From contig OX597822.1 of NCBI GenBank assembly GCA_951406725.2, positions 22,444,001-22,508,000 of the forward strand: 64,000 bases of DNA. The letters run 5' to 3'. This DNA comes from Octopus vulgaris. Its lineage: Eukaryota. Within the stretch, counting starts at the first letter, position 1, and every line of letters begins with the position of its first letter. Of this stretch, positions 12,190 through 26,939 are shown piece after piece. Made by a program: the position numbers and the translations under genes. The notes below the pieces were generated by a model that was not told where the DNA came from, made no database searches, and saw only the letters and a list, made by a program, of their open reading frames with translations.

Positions 12190-12195
12190 AATAAA
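12190..12195 (+). terminator. Candidate proximal polyadenylation signal (another AATAAA at 13451-13456)
   Basis: AATAAA about 120 nt after the stop codon. Which signal is used cannot be told from sequence. Confidence 0.35.
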
Positions 12196-12776
12196 TATTT
12201 CTTATGAATATAAAAGTCTAATATATCTAGGCCTCTGCTGATCTCTTTCTATGATACATGTATGAGTATATCTCTTCACATGACAATATATCTAAAATGA
12301 GGATTTGTATACAATTAACAACTTTTGTGTTGCTGTTATCTACATTTCAATCTTCCTAAGTGACCATAAGTTTACATTAGGATAATGAAGGCTTTAATTT
12401 CAATCATAGCCAAACAGATATTGTATATGTGTATTTGTGTGTGTGTGACTGTGTGTGTGTCTGAGTGTATGTACGTCTGTGTGTATGTGTGTATGTGTGG
12501 TTCCTCAAAAGTATTATAGAATAGACTGATCAAAACAATGCAGATAGAAGGATGAGTAGAGTGAGGTGTCGTTCTCTCTAATTACCGATGTATTTGTTTA
12601 TCATATTGTTCTAAGTACCTACCACTACTCATAGTAATATTAATCCATGCATTTTTATTAGTTATTTAGTTGCTTTTTGTGGCTCCAAATTTTTTTTATT
12701 TGTTTCGCTTTACATAAAACAAGGAAGTTGGCAGCAAGATTGAAGAGAAGCGTATGTTTCTAAAAGAATGACAAAG

Positions 12777-12809
<33 letters not shown>

Positions 12810-14402
12810 CATAAATGTTGAATGATGAAATGAGTGCTCAACACTGCATTGGTGGATATATAATTTATGAGAAATCCCACGAACAAAGCAAAATTGTTTC
12901 CCAGAAGGGAGACAAACACCTTTCTCCGTGTGATCGGCTTGATAAATTGTTAAGACACTAGGATATTCTCCTACTTAACATGAAACCAATGGTAGCCTTA
13001 ATTCACAAATAAAGAAATTATATATATATATATATATAGTCACCTCTGATGAGGGTAAACGAAATACTTAACAATAAATGGTACACAAACGGTTTGTCGT
13101 TGAGCATATTGAAAAGATGGCTTGGAGTGTTTAGAATTTGTTTTTGTTTATTCTGTTGTAGAACTTTTGTTGGTTTAAGCATTCTTTTTCAATATTTTAC
13201 CTGTTCATTTGGATATGGTAGTAATTTAATGCATCTCTGCAATTATTATAATATTAAATGTACACTAGGATTACTGACCATGCATGTGCATGTATATTTT
13301 TGCATCATACATGTTTAGGTTACTGTTCCAATCTTGATTTATTTATACTTTTGTTTTTACGTTAATAGTATTGCTTTTTTTTTTTGCCTGTTTGTTTTTT
13401 TAGTTTAAATTTTTTTTTATTATTATTTGTTTTTCTGAAACTGCCTCTTTAATAAACTGATAAACTTAACTGGAAAAATTATCCCTCTTAACATATATAT
13501 ATATATATATATACATATATGTATATATGTATGCGTGTGTGTGTGAAATTATTGTTATTTCTTATACTATTACTTACATCAACAAACTCAGAGAAACAAA
13601 GAAAGGACCTCATATCATATCATAACTTTTTATAAAGACATTTTTCTTCTCTATTTTGCAGAGATTATCATATACAGATATATTTTTTACTTTCTCTGCT
13701 AAAGTTTGAACCAAAATAAAAAAGACAAATTTATATAAACGCACTCAATTGTATATAATATATATACACACATATATCCCTGAAAAAACACTCATGTTTA
13801 TGTGTAAGTATATATATATATATATATATATACATACATATGTATATATATCCCTAAAAAACACATGTGTTGTCTACATAGTGTCTCACAGATAACTGTA
13901 GCACTTAAAACACCAGAAGACATACACACAAAATGTAAGAAAATGTTGCATTAAGACATTGCAAGGGAATGTGGTAAAGCAAGGCAATGTTAAAATGACT
14001 ATTTTACAATATTTTGGAAATTAACTAATTTGTAGTAGTTTCTTTGTTTTGAAAATACACAATCATGGCACAATCTTCTACATTTCATGTAGTTAGTCTG
14101 GTTAGGGCATTGTTATTTGACTAAAAGGAACCTCAATAAAAGCAAAATGACTGAGTGGAGAAAATATTGAGTTTCCCATTCAAATCTTATCTTCAGTGTG
14201 TTAATTGCTGCCTCTGGACTGAACACTATAATTCTAGGATATTGTTCATTTTAATTTTTTTTTTTATAGCTTTGTTAGTGGAGAAAGGGCAATTTGCATT
14301 ACTCTTTGAATGAGCTACAAGACTAGTAATAGGAAGGGAAAACGTTGTTTGTAACAGGAAAGATTCTGCAAAGTCATCCAAGAGGCCATGTGGTGGTGTT
14401 AA

Positions 14403-14623
14403 CCCTTTCGTTACTGTATTTATTTTGTGATGCCCTGTGTTTCTTTCAATTAATTTTAAATAAAACAAAAAATTTAGTAAAATAGCTTAGTTATCATTAA
14501 GTTAATGCTAGGAACATAAATTGTGACTAAGGTTTGGTGGAAGATTTTAATTCAAAACTTATGAAAACAAGACACTTGTACTCAAAGCCAGAGCCAGTTT
14601 CAGCCGAGTTGGTAATGAAAGGG
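14403..14623. mobile_element. piggyBac-type MITE
   Basis: TTAA at 14399-14402 and 14624-14627, TIRs ccctttcgttac/gtaatgaaaggg. Second copy at 56052-56271 and a diverged reverse fragment at about 11706-11870. Confidence 0.85.
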
Positions 14624-15678
14624 TTAAACTGGGAAATAGATTGAGTGTATAACCCACCCACTATAGATAATAAAACAAAAACAGACTCCTGTGCCAATTC
14701 TCCAAAAGACTCCCACACAACTTCTTTCAACCGATTTTACTCACTAGGCTACTTGGGCAAGTAAAGAATACTTGCCCAAGGTGTTATGCCGACTAATTGA
14801 ACCTGAACCCACATAGTGGTGAAGAGAACTTTTAATCTCACAGATAACAGATTCAGAAGATTCATATTAACTGCTTAATGCCAAAAAAAGAGCACTTAGC
14901 TGATTGATGTTCAGTTACTAACGGAAAAAATTCAGTCTCTGGCCCACAGGCTTGCTGTACCCCCACCTCTCTCTCCTCTCTTTCCTGTTACTATTATAAT
15001 GGCCTCTGTTCTTCAGAGCCAGCTGGTGTCATATTGTCACCCTTCAGGCACTCCTAGCCTACTAGTCTCTCCACCTCTCAGCAGCCTCAATGCATCCAAC
15101 CTTCCTTTCTCGGCACTAACCACTGTTCCCAATCTTTCTTCCCCAGAACATCAATCCTCTGAAATCTTCTCCCTGCTTATATCTTTCTTGTTGGTGTTGA
15201 CCTGTCACAGTTTAAATGGAACATTAATGGCATAAATCTCACCCATTTCAGAGGGCCTTAATTGTCTTGGGCCCTGCTTCTTTCTTCAGACTCAGCAACT
15301 AAACTAATAGATTCAGAGTTAAACATTGGTCTAATGTGATGTGCATATAAGATATATTTTTGTTGGCTTCTAGTTGAGACTTAGCACCATGCCTATATCA
15401 TAGAGAATGCAGTCAGGTTTGAGAATGGTGTTTGAATGTAGAAACGCTTGCCCTATCTAAAATATCTTAAAATTTGTGTTTAAAAACTGAAAATAATAGA
15501 TTATGGAAAAATGAATAAATACTTTTGTTCTTATCTATGGGAAGATGAACAGTGATCATCAACTCATTGCAATTTTACAAAATCATGTAAATACACTCCA
15601 GAAATTTTGGAGATTTTTTTTTCATGCCAACATTATTTTCACATGCATGTTTATATGTGTGTATGATTGGTTGTGTTA

Positions 15679-15730
<52 letters not shown>

Positions 15731-17484
15731 ATGTATTTATATATAGTACACGAAATGGCTGGATTTATATATGTATATATAGATTGATAGATAGTTGCAC
15801 AGATATTGTTTCTCAAAATATTCATGTTAAGTTTCTGTGTAAAAAGTGTAATGTTTGTTAAGTTCCAATATTCCATAAAGTAATGCATAAAAACCTAAAT
15901 GTTTTCTTTCATTTAGCATGCACTTACCCTATCATATATAATTGCTCTCTCTCTCTCTCTCTCTCTCTTTCCATCTAGCTATATCTCTCTCACTCTCTAT
16001 TTGACAACTATTTTACACCATAAAACACTGGCCATATGTAATTATAGGCTCAATCAGAAACACTACTGCCAATATTACCATTTTTTTTTTTGAGGTTTTC
16101 TTCAAGATTTCAGCTTTAAAATTCTCACCTAATTGATTATAATATTTTTAAAGAAGCCTGTACATTTATTTGCTGACAATTTCAAAACCATAAGCAAAAC
16201 TCTAAATCTGAACTGAAAGAATTAATAAAAGAAAAAAAACCTTTTTGGAATTAAATTCAAGTAAACTTGTTTGTTTAGTTTGACACAACATTTGACCTCC
16301 TCTCAGCCAACAAGCTCCAGAACATACCTTCCTAAAACGGCTGAGAACCTTTATAAACCTGACTAAATCAATTTAAATCTATTTCTTCTAAATTTTTTTA
16401 TCAAGGAAAAAGCAGAAAATAATCTTGGAGGAGAGAAAAAATGAGAAAAGTTTTAAATATTGACAATTCTCTTTGTAGAGAGATGCAAACATGTTTTTTA
16501 GACTCTTTTTTCAAACCACACCCCTCAAACTGCTCAATATACACCTATTTCCCATTGGGTCAGACTAATTTATCCCATCTGGTTACTACTCATTAAACCT
16601 TTGTTACTCTAATTTCCCATTGCCCTCTATTACTGCAGTTGACTTTGTGATTCACCAAACATACACACATGTCTGCACACACACTATCTGTTGGAATGGA
16701 AAACAGAGTCACCTCATAATGAAACACAGCACATAAATATACATAGTTTACACACACAAGATATTATTTGCCATATTAACCACCAGCAACTAGTGTATGG
16801 GTAGGATGGCAAAGGCAACAGAAGAAATGCATTTAAGCTTTGACAATGATGATAGCAGCAATGATAATGAGATAAATTTGACATTACCAAATTTCCATAG
16901 GTGAATCGTCCCTTTGTGGTTAATAAGTCTTTAAGCTGCAAGTTGAATGTAGTACATGAACAATTGGAATATCCTGTTACGAAGGATGACACAATTTGAA
17001 AAAACAAAAATTAAATAACTGTAAATCTACCAGACATGACTGTCAGACAAGGAGAAATATTTCACTTATCTTTACAGACAATAATAAATATGTACACATC
17101 CTTAAAGGGAAACAGTAGCCTTGATTGCTAGGGAGGAGCATGTGGCAAACATTGTGGGGTTAAAATACTGGGAAAGTGGTTAATTGAAGAAGATAAATGT
17201 TTGTGGTGATAGTCTTAGCATGTAAAGTAATGCTAACATTGGGAAGTGTTGCTAACTCATTGTTCAGGGTTGTTACTAACAGTCTACAAGAAATGGTTTA
17301 AAGAAAGAAGACTAATGAAATGACAACACAAATAAAATTTAAATGAAGCAAATATTTGTGTAAAAATCAAAGAAATCAATGTTTTTTGGTAGTGATTATT
17401 TGGTTCAAGAATTTATATATATTTCTTGAAGTGTGTAGGCATATCTGTGTATATTTGTTTATAAGTGTGAGTGTCTTTACACGC

Positions 17485-17525
17485 GTATGTATGTACATAT
17501 ATATATATATATATATACATGTGTA

Positions 17526-17583
<58 letters not shown>

Positions 17584-17620
17584 TATACAAGAATATATGT
17601 ATGCGTGTGTATGCATATAA
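17485..17620. repeat. (TA)n/(TG)n compound microsatellite
   Basis: Direct inspection. Explains the overlapping YIYI ORFs. Confidence 0.95.
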
Positions 17621-18232
17621 TTGTCATTACATGTATGTATTATTTATGATATACAAATATTATGTGTTCATGTATGTGCCATGCAGACAATGTGGAGTCA
17701 TAGTAATGTGTTGTCGCCAACAAGGCAATTTAACGAAATAAATTTGAAAAATCAATGTAAACAAAAGTTTAATTGAAGAGAGAGTTAATGGTGTGATGGA
17801 TGGGTCAGCCCAATCAGAAAACAACAGTAAATATTAACTGTTTTGAAATCTATTTAATAGAATCATCAAGTGTATTGAACCTTGCAGATGTTTTAGTTGC
17901 TATTGTCAGTTTCAGGGAAATGAAGAAGAACAACATTGCAGATTTGTGGTAAGTGCCACAGGAAAAGTTCATAGGAGCCATAAATATAACCAAATAATGG
18001 TTGAATTGTCTCAAGATATTTTTGAAACTTATATTTTAAACATGTTGCTCAGTTAATAATCTATAAGAGAAAAATGTTATTGTTGATAAGAGAGGTTAAA
18101 ACAAAATGGTGTACAATCTGAAGACTTACAACTCATTAACTTAAAGTTATAGAATTTTGTGCTTGGCTAAAGTTTTATAAGCACCAAAAGGAAAATATTT
18201 CATAGTAAATGTCACAAATTATATAAGACTTA

Positions 18233-19491
18233 TTAGGTCATCAAGTACGAAATTTGTATAAAAGAAAAAAAAGTTTGCTAATGTTTTATAAATACAAGGA
18301 ATTCATCAAAGTATGCACTCATATTGTCAATACACTTTTGCCATTTCAGCGGTAGCTTGTCCAGACCAGAACTGTAAAAGCCTGGCAATCTAGAGTCAAT
18401 AAAATCTTGGAAAGCCTGTTTTACAGCATCATCAGAATTAAATTTTTTTCCTATTAAAAGATTATCCAAATTCTGAAAGAAGTGGTTGTCATTGGGGGCA
18501 AGATCAGGTGAGTATGGCGGATGATGGAGAACTTCCAACTACTGTAGTTTCACCGATGTCATTTTTGCGATGTGTGATCTGGCGTTGTCTTGTAATAAAA
18601 TAGGAATGGATCTGCTGACCTACCTAGGCGGGTTTTTTTATGTAAGTTTCTGCGTCATTTGGTTCATTTGGCATCAGTATACCTCAGTCTTGATTGATGA
18701 GCCAGGTTTAATGAAATAATAGTGGGTCACACCTGTGCTAGACCACCACACACCATTAGTTTCTTTTGATGAATTTTGCTTTTTGGACTGTGTTTTGGTG
18801 GCTCGTCTTTGTGCAACTATTGTACTGAATGTTTACAGATGTTACATTGGATCACTTTCTCATCACGTTAAAATTCAATTCAAAAACGACTCATTTTTGT
18901 GACGAGAAAGTAGCATAATGCAGGCTTCCAAATGTTGCTGTTTCTGATTTTCATTGAACCCACTTATCCAACTTTTTCACTTTACCGATTTGAACTAGGT
19001 GAGTCAATATTGATTATTTGCTAACACCAAACAACAACGATAATTCAAGGGCACTTTGAGATGGATCTGACTTGAGAGTAGCTTTCAGTTCATCATTATC
19101 AACCTTTGTTTCTGGTCAACCACGTTGCTCATTTGTGAGGTCAAAGTTACCAGAACGAAATTTTGCAAACCAATTTGATACTGTCTGCTGTATTATAACA
19201 TTACAATGAAAAGCTCCGTTAATATTCCGAGCTGTCTGTGATGCTCTATTTCCAAGAAAGAACTCATATTTCAAACCTGTACGAATTTCCAACTTGTCTA
19301 TCTCTAAACAAAAATAGCAAAAGATGATTTATAAACTCTTTATAAAGTGCAAAATGAGTTAGAATAAAGAAATAGATGTGTCAGCTTTCTAACAAGAAAT
19401 AAAGATTGTCAAAATATAATAATGGCACAAAATGAGCAGCTGTCAACGTTTACAATATACCTTACTACAAATTTCATACTTGACGACCTAA
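18233..19491 (-). mobile_element. Full-length decayed mariner (DD34D, Hsmar1/cecropia-like), 1259 bp
   Basis: 26-bp TIRs ttaggtcatcaagtacgaaatttgta / tacaaatttcatacttgacgacctaa. TA TSD at 18231-18232 and 19492-19493. Confidence 0.95.
18300..19301 (-). pseudogene. mariner transposase pseudogene
   Basis: (I)DKLEIRTGLKYEFFLGNRASQTARNIN...WFAKFRSGNFDLTNEQRG*PETKVDNDEL, then ILLQDNARSH and HPPYSPDLAPNDNHFF. Start codon lost, with stops and frameshifts. Confidence 0.93.
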
Positions 19492-19972
19492 TATATGTAA
19501 AAGTATATACTGGTTATGCATGAAAAGTCCTCTACATAATCCTACAAAAGGCATCTAACAAATTTAGCTTCCTTCTTTCATTCTATTCTTAAAATACTAA
19601 TCTCCAAAATTCTGTCGGCAAAAGTAGAATATTGATCATGCCTTATAAATTATATAGGCTCTTAGGGTACCACTGAACCATTTGTCTTCATGTATGGTAT
19701 CACAAAACAGCCTGACATAGTCCATTCATCTCCTGAGACTCTTGTCATTAACACACTGTGCAAAATGCTTGGCATCATTTCTTCCAGTTTTATGTCCCAT
19801 GAAGGCCAACCTTACCTTTCAGCCTTTCTGCATCGATAAAATATGAAAAATACGAGCAGTGGGATCAATGTTATTAGCTAGCCTCCTCCCTCAAAATTTA
19901 GGCCTTGCGCCTATAGTGGAAAAGATTATTATAATTGAAGGTAGGTAGCAGATTTTGTCCACCAGACCATTT

Positions 19973-20202
19973 ATTTCTTTACTGCCCACAAGGGGCCACA
20001 CACAGGGGGGACAAACAAGAACAGACAAACGGATTAAGTTGATTATATTGACCTCAGTGTGTAACTGGTACTTATTTAATCGACCCTGAAAGGATGAAAG
20101 GCAAAGTCGACCTCGACGGAATTTGAACTCAGAATGTAGCGGCTGATGAAATACCGCTAAGCATTTCGCCTGGTGTGCTAACGTTTCTGCCAGCTTGTCA
20201 TT
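19973..20202 (-). mobile_element. SINE family B
   Basis: Same sequence as 10013-10243. Probable TSD cagaccattt at 19963-19972 and 20208-20217. Confidence 0.9.
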
Positions 20203-21270
20203 AGCAGCAGACCATTTCTACCAACCTCCAACACTCATCCTGTTGACATGATAAATCCTGGCGAAACATTGAAGGGAATTTAGATCTGGAATAAAAACGA
20301 AAACTAAAGAGACTCAGAAATCTATCTCACTAAACTATACTAGTATTGCACCGTCTTCACTGACAGATTATAAAAGATGAACAACACCAAGACCAGAGAA
20401 AACAGTTTTGTAGTTATGCTAAAACTGAGTTATTTCATTCTATGAGCAAACACTTCATTTCACCTTGCTCTGTGGCCACTTTGACTTTTGACACTCAGCT
20501 CACTGCGCACCTGTACAGGCAATGTCGATTTGATAGAGAGTCTAAGCTCATGTACAATACAAACATTTGATCGTTATATGCAAATATCTGTGCAGGTTGT
20601 TCAATAAAAAATTGCACAATCGTTTTAGTCAGACTTGAAAGACTGTTAGCAATTGTTCCTAAGTATTGTAGTAAGAATATTTGACAAAGAAAACATTGTT
20701 GAAGGTAGAGATGAGACAAAATCAACAACATTATCACCAACATTTGAAATAAATCGTTTTTTGTAAAAATGCATAGTAGAGATATATAAGAAGACTGTTT
20801 GTGGACAAAAGTATTGGTAAGTACATTGGTGAGTTGTGGGATAAGAATAATTCAAATTATAATGAAGCACGTAGGTAAGTTGTAGGATGATACCAGTTAA
20901 GACAAAGTACGTTGGGGTACACCAGAAAGTTGTGAGATGAAAGGAGTTTAGACAAGATATACTAGAGTAAATTGGTGAGTGGTGGGATGAGAGAAAATAC
21001 GGTAGAATACATTGAGGTTCTGAGCAATAAGAGTAGTTTAGACAAGGTAGGTGGAGTAGATTGAGGAGTTTTGACTTAATTGGGAGAAAATATTTGAAAC
21101 TTGATTCTTCAGCATGAATAGAAAAGACGTTTGATACGTTGAACAATTCATAAATATTCCATCTAAGGAAATAAAGCTATCATATGATTTGTAGGAGTAA
21201 GGGTTTCCTACAAGCAAAGGTAAACATTAAAAAGAACCAAAGTAACCATGGTAACATATTTATTTAATGC

Positions 21271-23240
21271 AGTAGTGTTTTGCATATGTCATACAGTAAG
21301 TCGGAAAATTTCATTTAACTGAAATTATTCTTGCTATCTGTTGATGGAATTCGATCTATGGGTACTTAAAATCTAAAAACGTCAAGAGTATCAGTGAACC
21401 CAGAGTTTTGGAAGAGAAAAATAATGCAGTTAGGAATGGATATTGGTTTTTAAAGTCAACTGGTGAAAGGGATAGACAGGTTCCAGTCTTGTTGAATCTC
21501 TACAGCAAAGCATATTCACCTCAGCTGGCATGATTTAGAATATATGGCTGTGCGGTTAAGAAGTTTACTTCCCAATCACAAAGCTTTGGGTTCAGTCTCA
21601 TTGTATGGTATCTTATGCAGATGTTTTCCACATTGTGGGTGGATTTGGTCGATGGAAACTGAAACAAGTCCATCGTGTGTGTGTGTGTCCTGGTCTTGAC
21701 ATCACATTGTAGTTATAAATGAATGTCACAGACATAAAAGCTGTTTTTCTCAGTTCCAGTCTTTCAGGAAAACATGTCTGGCCAGGGAGAACTATTACTT
21801 TTCAGAGCCAGGATTAACAATGTGAAGGCAAACTGCCATAGAAAAACTGTTTCAACGAATTCCATCTAACCTGTGCAAGCATGAAACAAGGAATGTTACC
21901 TCATCTCTCAGACACAACTGCTACCTTTACCCACCTCTTTTTCTCCTGTACCTACTCACTTTTACTGACCTTGTATTTTGAGGGTCCACTCTGATAGACC
22001 ATCACTACTATTTTGTCCCTCTCCAGCTCGACACCATTTACTCCCACCCATTTTTCTACAATGTGAGTAAATATGTAGCTTCTCTACAGCAAAAAACCTG
22101 TTCACTTCTGTTCTCTCACACTATAAACCTCTCATCTCCAAGCATAAATCAGCCTCCCTCTCTCTGTATTATAGCTCCTCTCATTTGAAGTGGGTCTTAG
22201 CCTTGCAAGCTAATATGGTGACCTCACTAATGCTGGCGTCATAAAAAGACCCCCAACACACTCTAAAGTGGTTGGTGTTAGGAAAGGCATGCTGTCACAG
22301 AAACCATGATGAAATGGACATAGGAGCATAATGCAGTTTTCAGACCATCGAATCCATACCAACATAGAACGTGAACATTAAAGGATGATGATTGTGTGTG
22401 TGTGTGTGTGTGTATACATATATGAGAGAGTTGGTGATTGTAGTGTTGATGATTATAAATATAAACAATAAAGCTATGTAAAAAATACCCCAAGGGTGTG
22501 TTCTGTATGCTAAGCACCCAATCAATGTTGAATATCATGTATTTAATATAGGGAATTAAAAGTTTCTGATACACAAAGATTATCCTTCTAATTTGAAAAC
22601 AGACATTAGAGTTATCTTACTTTGTTGTTTTAAGATTTTGAACTCTAAAATGAGTTTTTAACTTTTAACTGAAGGCATAATCTCAGTTAATGGAAGATTT
22701 TCAAATCATTATATTCCATATGTGATCCCCCCCCCCCATTAAGCTAGCAAATTTAGACAAGAGTACCTTCTGGATACATGGTATCTTCAGCAGGGGTATT
22801 AAAAAAACAAACAAAAAATCGAGTAGGGGAATCCTAGTACATGTGCTACTTTATATAGGGTGGTAGTGGTGATGGAGGAAGTCTTGGAGAAGTGAGTGGT
22901 AATTGAAAGAGAGAGAGTAGTGTTTTGCAATGTAATACAGTAAGAAGGAAATTTTCATTTAACTGAAATTATTCTTGCTATCTGTTGATGGAATTCAATC
23001 TATGGGTACTTAAAATCTAAAAACGTCAAGAGTATCAGTGAACCCAGGGTTTTGGAAGAGAAAAATAATGCAGTTAGGAATGGATATTGGTTTTAAAGTC
23101 AACTGGTGAAAGGGATAGACAGGTTCCAGTCTTGTTGAATCTCTACAGCAAAGCATATTCACCTCAGCTGGCAAGATTTAGAATATATGGCTGAGTGGTA
23201 AAGAAGTTTACTTCCCAATCACAAAGCTTTGGGTTCAGTC
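21271..23240 (+). repeat. About 325-bp dispersed direct duplication (21271-21598 and 22916-23240)
   Basis: Near-identical unique sequence from agtagtgttttgca to caaagctttgggttcagtc in both places. Confidence 0.95.
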
Positions 23241-23519
23241 CCACTGCATGGCAGCTTGGGCAAAGATATATATTTATATGTTTGTGCTTGGTATTTATCA
23301 TCCAACTACTTGACAACAGGTGTTGGTAGTCAGGAAAAAAGAAAGACTTAAGATGATGTAAAAGATGATGATTGATAATGACTGACTTTATCTCTGTTGA
23401 GCTGTTAGAAGAGAGAGTGGTAAGTTTGGCAGTTAGCACAGACTGCCTGTGGTAGGCATAGGTACCAGTGGTGGGAGAAATATTGTAAGGTTTTTAAAGT
23501 TAATTTTACTACATATTTA

Positions 23520-23900
23520 AAGGGGAAAACACGCATTACCTTACTGGGTTGAAGTTTTCATATTCTGATACTTTATAACTGTGTATATAGGACTGAAAAG
23601 GATTCAGAGGGTAGTTTTCTTGGCAATATTCAAAGTCAATTTAGAAGTTAAAGTGGTTAACAAATTTAATGAGTTTATTTGCAGGGATGTTACTTACAGA
23701 GACATTTCAGTGGAAAAATTATGAATAGGAGGATTGTGTAAATCAGAGAACTAAGCTACAGTTTGGGAGGTGAGAGAACTTGCTGACTGGACATTGAACA
23801 AGAAAATGTTGTTCTTTACCCATCACTGAAATATTTTGATGGATGCCAAGAAAATAAAGTTTTCTCAATTGGTAAAGATGAGTAACTTCTTCAAGAACTA
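23520..23900 (-). mobile_element. Highly decayed CR1/L2/Jockey-like RT fragment
   Basis: Minus strand IKIFQ*WVKNNIFLFNVQ and LNIAKKTTL*ILFS resemble the L..I..W...N.L.FN..K and IAKKA...L.IL motifs. Confidence 0.3.
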
Positions 23901-25818
23901 CTTTAGACAGTATCATAGCTATTTTCAAGTACAACTAAATAATATTAGTAATAATTTGTAGGAGCGGTAATAGTAGCAACAGTAGTAATTCTATGATCAG
24001 CCTGGTGGCATTCATAATGTTAGTGGTTGATTCTGACATGATGGTATTGGAAGTGAGAATTAGAGAATTAGATTTTTCAAAATACTAAAATACCAATTAC
24101 GCAGACCGAGAAATATGAAAGTTTGTTTGATATTACAAAGTGGATATTTAACCAGTAGCTGTCACAATACTTTATCACATTACATAGATAATAGACCATA
24201 TCACAAGAAGCAAAAGTAAAATGTCATCTAATTCTCTCATCTTGAAAGATTTTCTTTAAAATTTAAAGTCATGTGTTTGCAAGATGTTTTGATGTGAAAT
24301 AGAGTTAAAACAGATTTTGTTATTTCTTGAGAGAGTCATTGTACCCAATAATAAACACACACTCATTACCACCCTGTCTCTCTTTCTCACACACATTCTC
24401 ACTCACATCCCCGGTTAATGGTAAAAGAAAGAGTATGAGGAATGCTGAAAAACTCCTGGCTTTGGGCAAAAGAAAATACAAGAAGATCAGTTAATTATGA
24501 TTTTATTCAATATATTTCTCTCTCAGAGTCACACACTTATTGCAGCTGTCCTTCAGTTTTTCTAAGCCCTGTAAAAGGACTGGGAAGGTTGGGTCTCCAA
24601 CTAAGCATTTCCCAATACCCTTAAAGCCAGGAACTTTTCAATACCCACTCATATATACTGGGACTATATAGTTTACATGGCTTGGTATTCCATAAACACC
24701 AAGCACTATTAACTCTTTTGTTATCGTAATTCTGTTGAAATATGCCACCTTTCTTTTAATTAAATTTGAAAATAATGAATTTAGTATCATAGAACCAGGA
24801 ACAAGTTCAGCTAACAGAATTGCACATAGTTTCCAACCACTCAGTTTCCCTAACAAAACATGGGTTCACTCATTACTCTGGTGAAAGGCACTTGCCAAAG
24901 ATACTACACAGTGATATTGAACCCTAACACACTCAATTACAAAATAAAATTCCTACCCAGGACAGCAAGTGTCTCTCTCTCGCTCTCTCTCAGTTACAAA
25001 TCATATTTATACATGTGTGTGTTTGTCAGTTTCTGTCTACACATATAGAGACAAACAAATAGCTAGATAGATAAGCTAGAGATAAATAGACTGACACACA
25101 CACATATATACAATTTCTTTCTTTGAAGGAATTAAAAACAAAAATCTAACAAAAAAAACAATAAAAACAAAAAAAAGAAAAATTCATTAGCTTCTTAAAG
25201 AAAATAATAAAACCCCCCAAAATCCTAACAGAATCAAAAGCCAACAATAAAAGATTTGTTTAAAGAATTCACCAGTTAGAAATAAAGCTTCCTTACTTTT
25301 CTGTTTCAGTTCCACAGTTTTGTATTGTCTCCCCACCTCCATCTCTTTTTTTTTTAAATTTTTTATTTTTCATTTTGTCTCTTCTAAGAAAAGTATCTTT
25401 TCTGAAATCAAGACTCATACAAAAAGAAAAAAAAAAGAAAAAAGAAAAGAAAATGAAAAATAAAACAAGCAAGCACACAAGAAGCTGTTTATTGTCTAAC
25501 ATTTAATTAGATTCTTCTTTTCAGATTACTTTCTGACGGAAAACAAAAAGGTGCTACAGATAAAAAGTCTAAAGTATTTAACCATCATTTCTCAAGGATT
25601 AGGTCTGATTTCTACCAAATTCTTGATGTAGATTTGTAATATAGGTACAAGGCTACACATTTTGGAAGATTGAACAGACCTCATTTGATATGGCCTGGTC
25701 ACAAGAGTGTACATTGCATTGAGCAATAAAAACAAAAATGACTAGAATCTTTGGTCTGAGTATTCGCACCAAGCAATCTGTTTAAAAGCCTTTCTTAGTT
25801 TTGGTTCCTGTCCCCATA

Positions 25819-25981
25819 TAGGCACAGGAGTGGCTGTGTGGTAAGTAGCTTGCTTATGAACCACATGGTTCCGGGATCAGTCCCACTGCTTGGCACCTTG
25901 GGCAAGTGTCTTCAACTATAGCTTTGGGCTCACCAAAGCCTTGTGAGTGGATTTGGTAGACGGAAACTGAAAGAAGCCTGT

Positions 25982-26015
<34 letters not shown>

Positions 26016-26237
26016 TGTGAGTGTATATGTTGTGCATCTGTGTTTGTCCCCCCCAACATCGCTTGACAACCGATGCTGGTGTGTTTAGGTCTCCATAACT
26101 TAGTGAGTCGGCAAAAGAGACTGATAGAATAAGTACTAGGCTTACAAAGAATAAGTCCTGGGGTCGATTTGATTCGACTAAAAGGCGGTGCTCCAGCATG
26201 GCTGCAGTCAAATGACAAACAAGTAAAAGAGAGAGTA
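25819..26237 (+). mobile_element. SINE family A, full length
   Basis: taggcacaggagtggctgtgtggtaagtagc...aaacaagtaaaagagag, homologous to 6300-6715. Confidence 0.92.
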
Positions 26238-26554
26238 TAGGGAAGAATGCTCTCTACACATGCCTTGAAAAATGCCAGCCTTGCTGATTTTAAAATATTT
26301 GATTTCCATATCGCAATTTGGAGACTTCTACAGCCTAATTAAAATACAAAGATCACCCAACTGTATATTATTATGGGCAGAGATACACAACATGAAATTA
26401 AAAATTCAGTGAAACTTATGAAGTACAAAGATTCCTGGTATGCTGTGATGAAATGCATTTTTTGTTGTGACAGCTTGAAAAAGAAAGAAGAAGAAATTGC
26501 CTCAGTAAATAAATGATTTGTTATTAAAGTGCAGCTAATTTGATTTCAGTGGGA

Positions 26555-26939
26555 TTGTGTTGTCGTGGCACTCTATCAGTTATGACGACAAGGGTTCCAG
26601 TTGATAAAATCAATGGAAAAGCCTGCTCATGAAATTAACGTGTAAGAAGCTGAGCACTCCACAGACACATCTAACTTAATGTAGTTCTCGGGGAGATTTA
26701 GTGTGACACAACGTGTGACAAGGCTGGCCCTTTGAAATACAGGTACAACAGAAGCAGGAAGAAAGAGAGAAAGTTGTGGTGAAAGAGTACAGCAGGGTTT
26801 TTCACCACCCCCTGCCAGATCCTCTTCGAGCCTTAGGTGTTTTCGCTCAATAAACACTGACAACACCCGGTCTGGAGATTGAAACTGCAATCCCAAGACC
26901 GCGAGTCTGCTGCCCTAACCACTGAACCATTGCACCTCC
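26555..26939 (-). mobile_element. SINE family C, full length
   Basis: Sense ggaggtgcaatggttcagtggttagggcagcagactcgcggtc...gtttcaatctcc tRNA-like head. Tail ends gagtgccacgacaac. Possible degenerate TSD ggatt(g/a)tgt. Confidence 0.85.

Noticed and set aside
13040-13105. ctgatgagggtaaacgaaa downstream of the aminopeptidase stop, hammerhead-like
   Set aside because: Only a 1-bp stem II and no convincing stem I, stem III or cleavage triplet.
16901-16999. Possible + exon VNRPFVVNKSLSCKLNVVHEQLEYPVTKDDTI*
   Set aside because: Weak acceptor, no partner exon, and the serpin-like NRPF is too short to be meaningful.
20646-21146. 166-aa minus-strand ORF
   Set aside because: Arises from strand-biased composition with no motif; probably antisense to a decayed element.
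25854-26218. Recurrent peptides such as GFFQFPSTKSTHKAL and HMVPGSIPLRGTLGK in many ORFs
   Set aside because: Translations of SINE family A, not a protein family.
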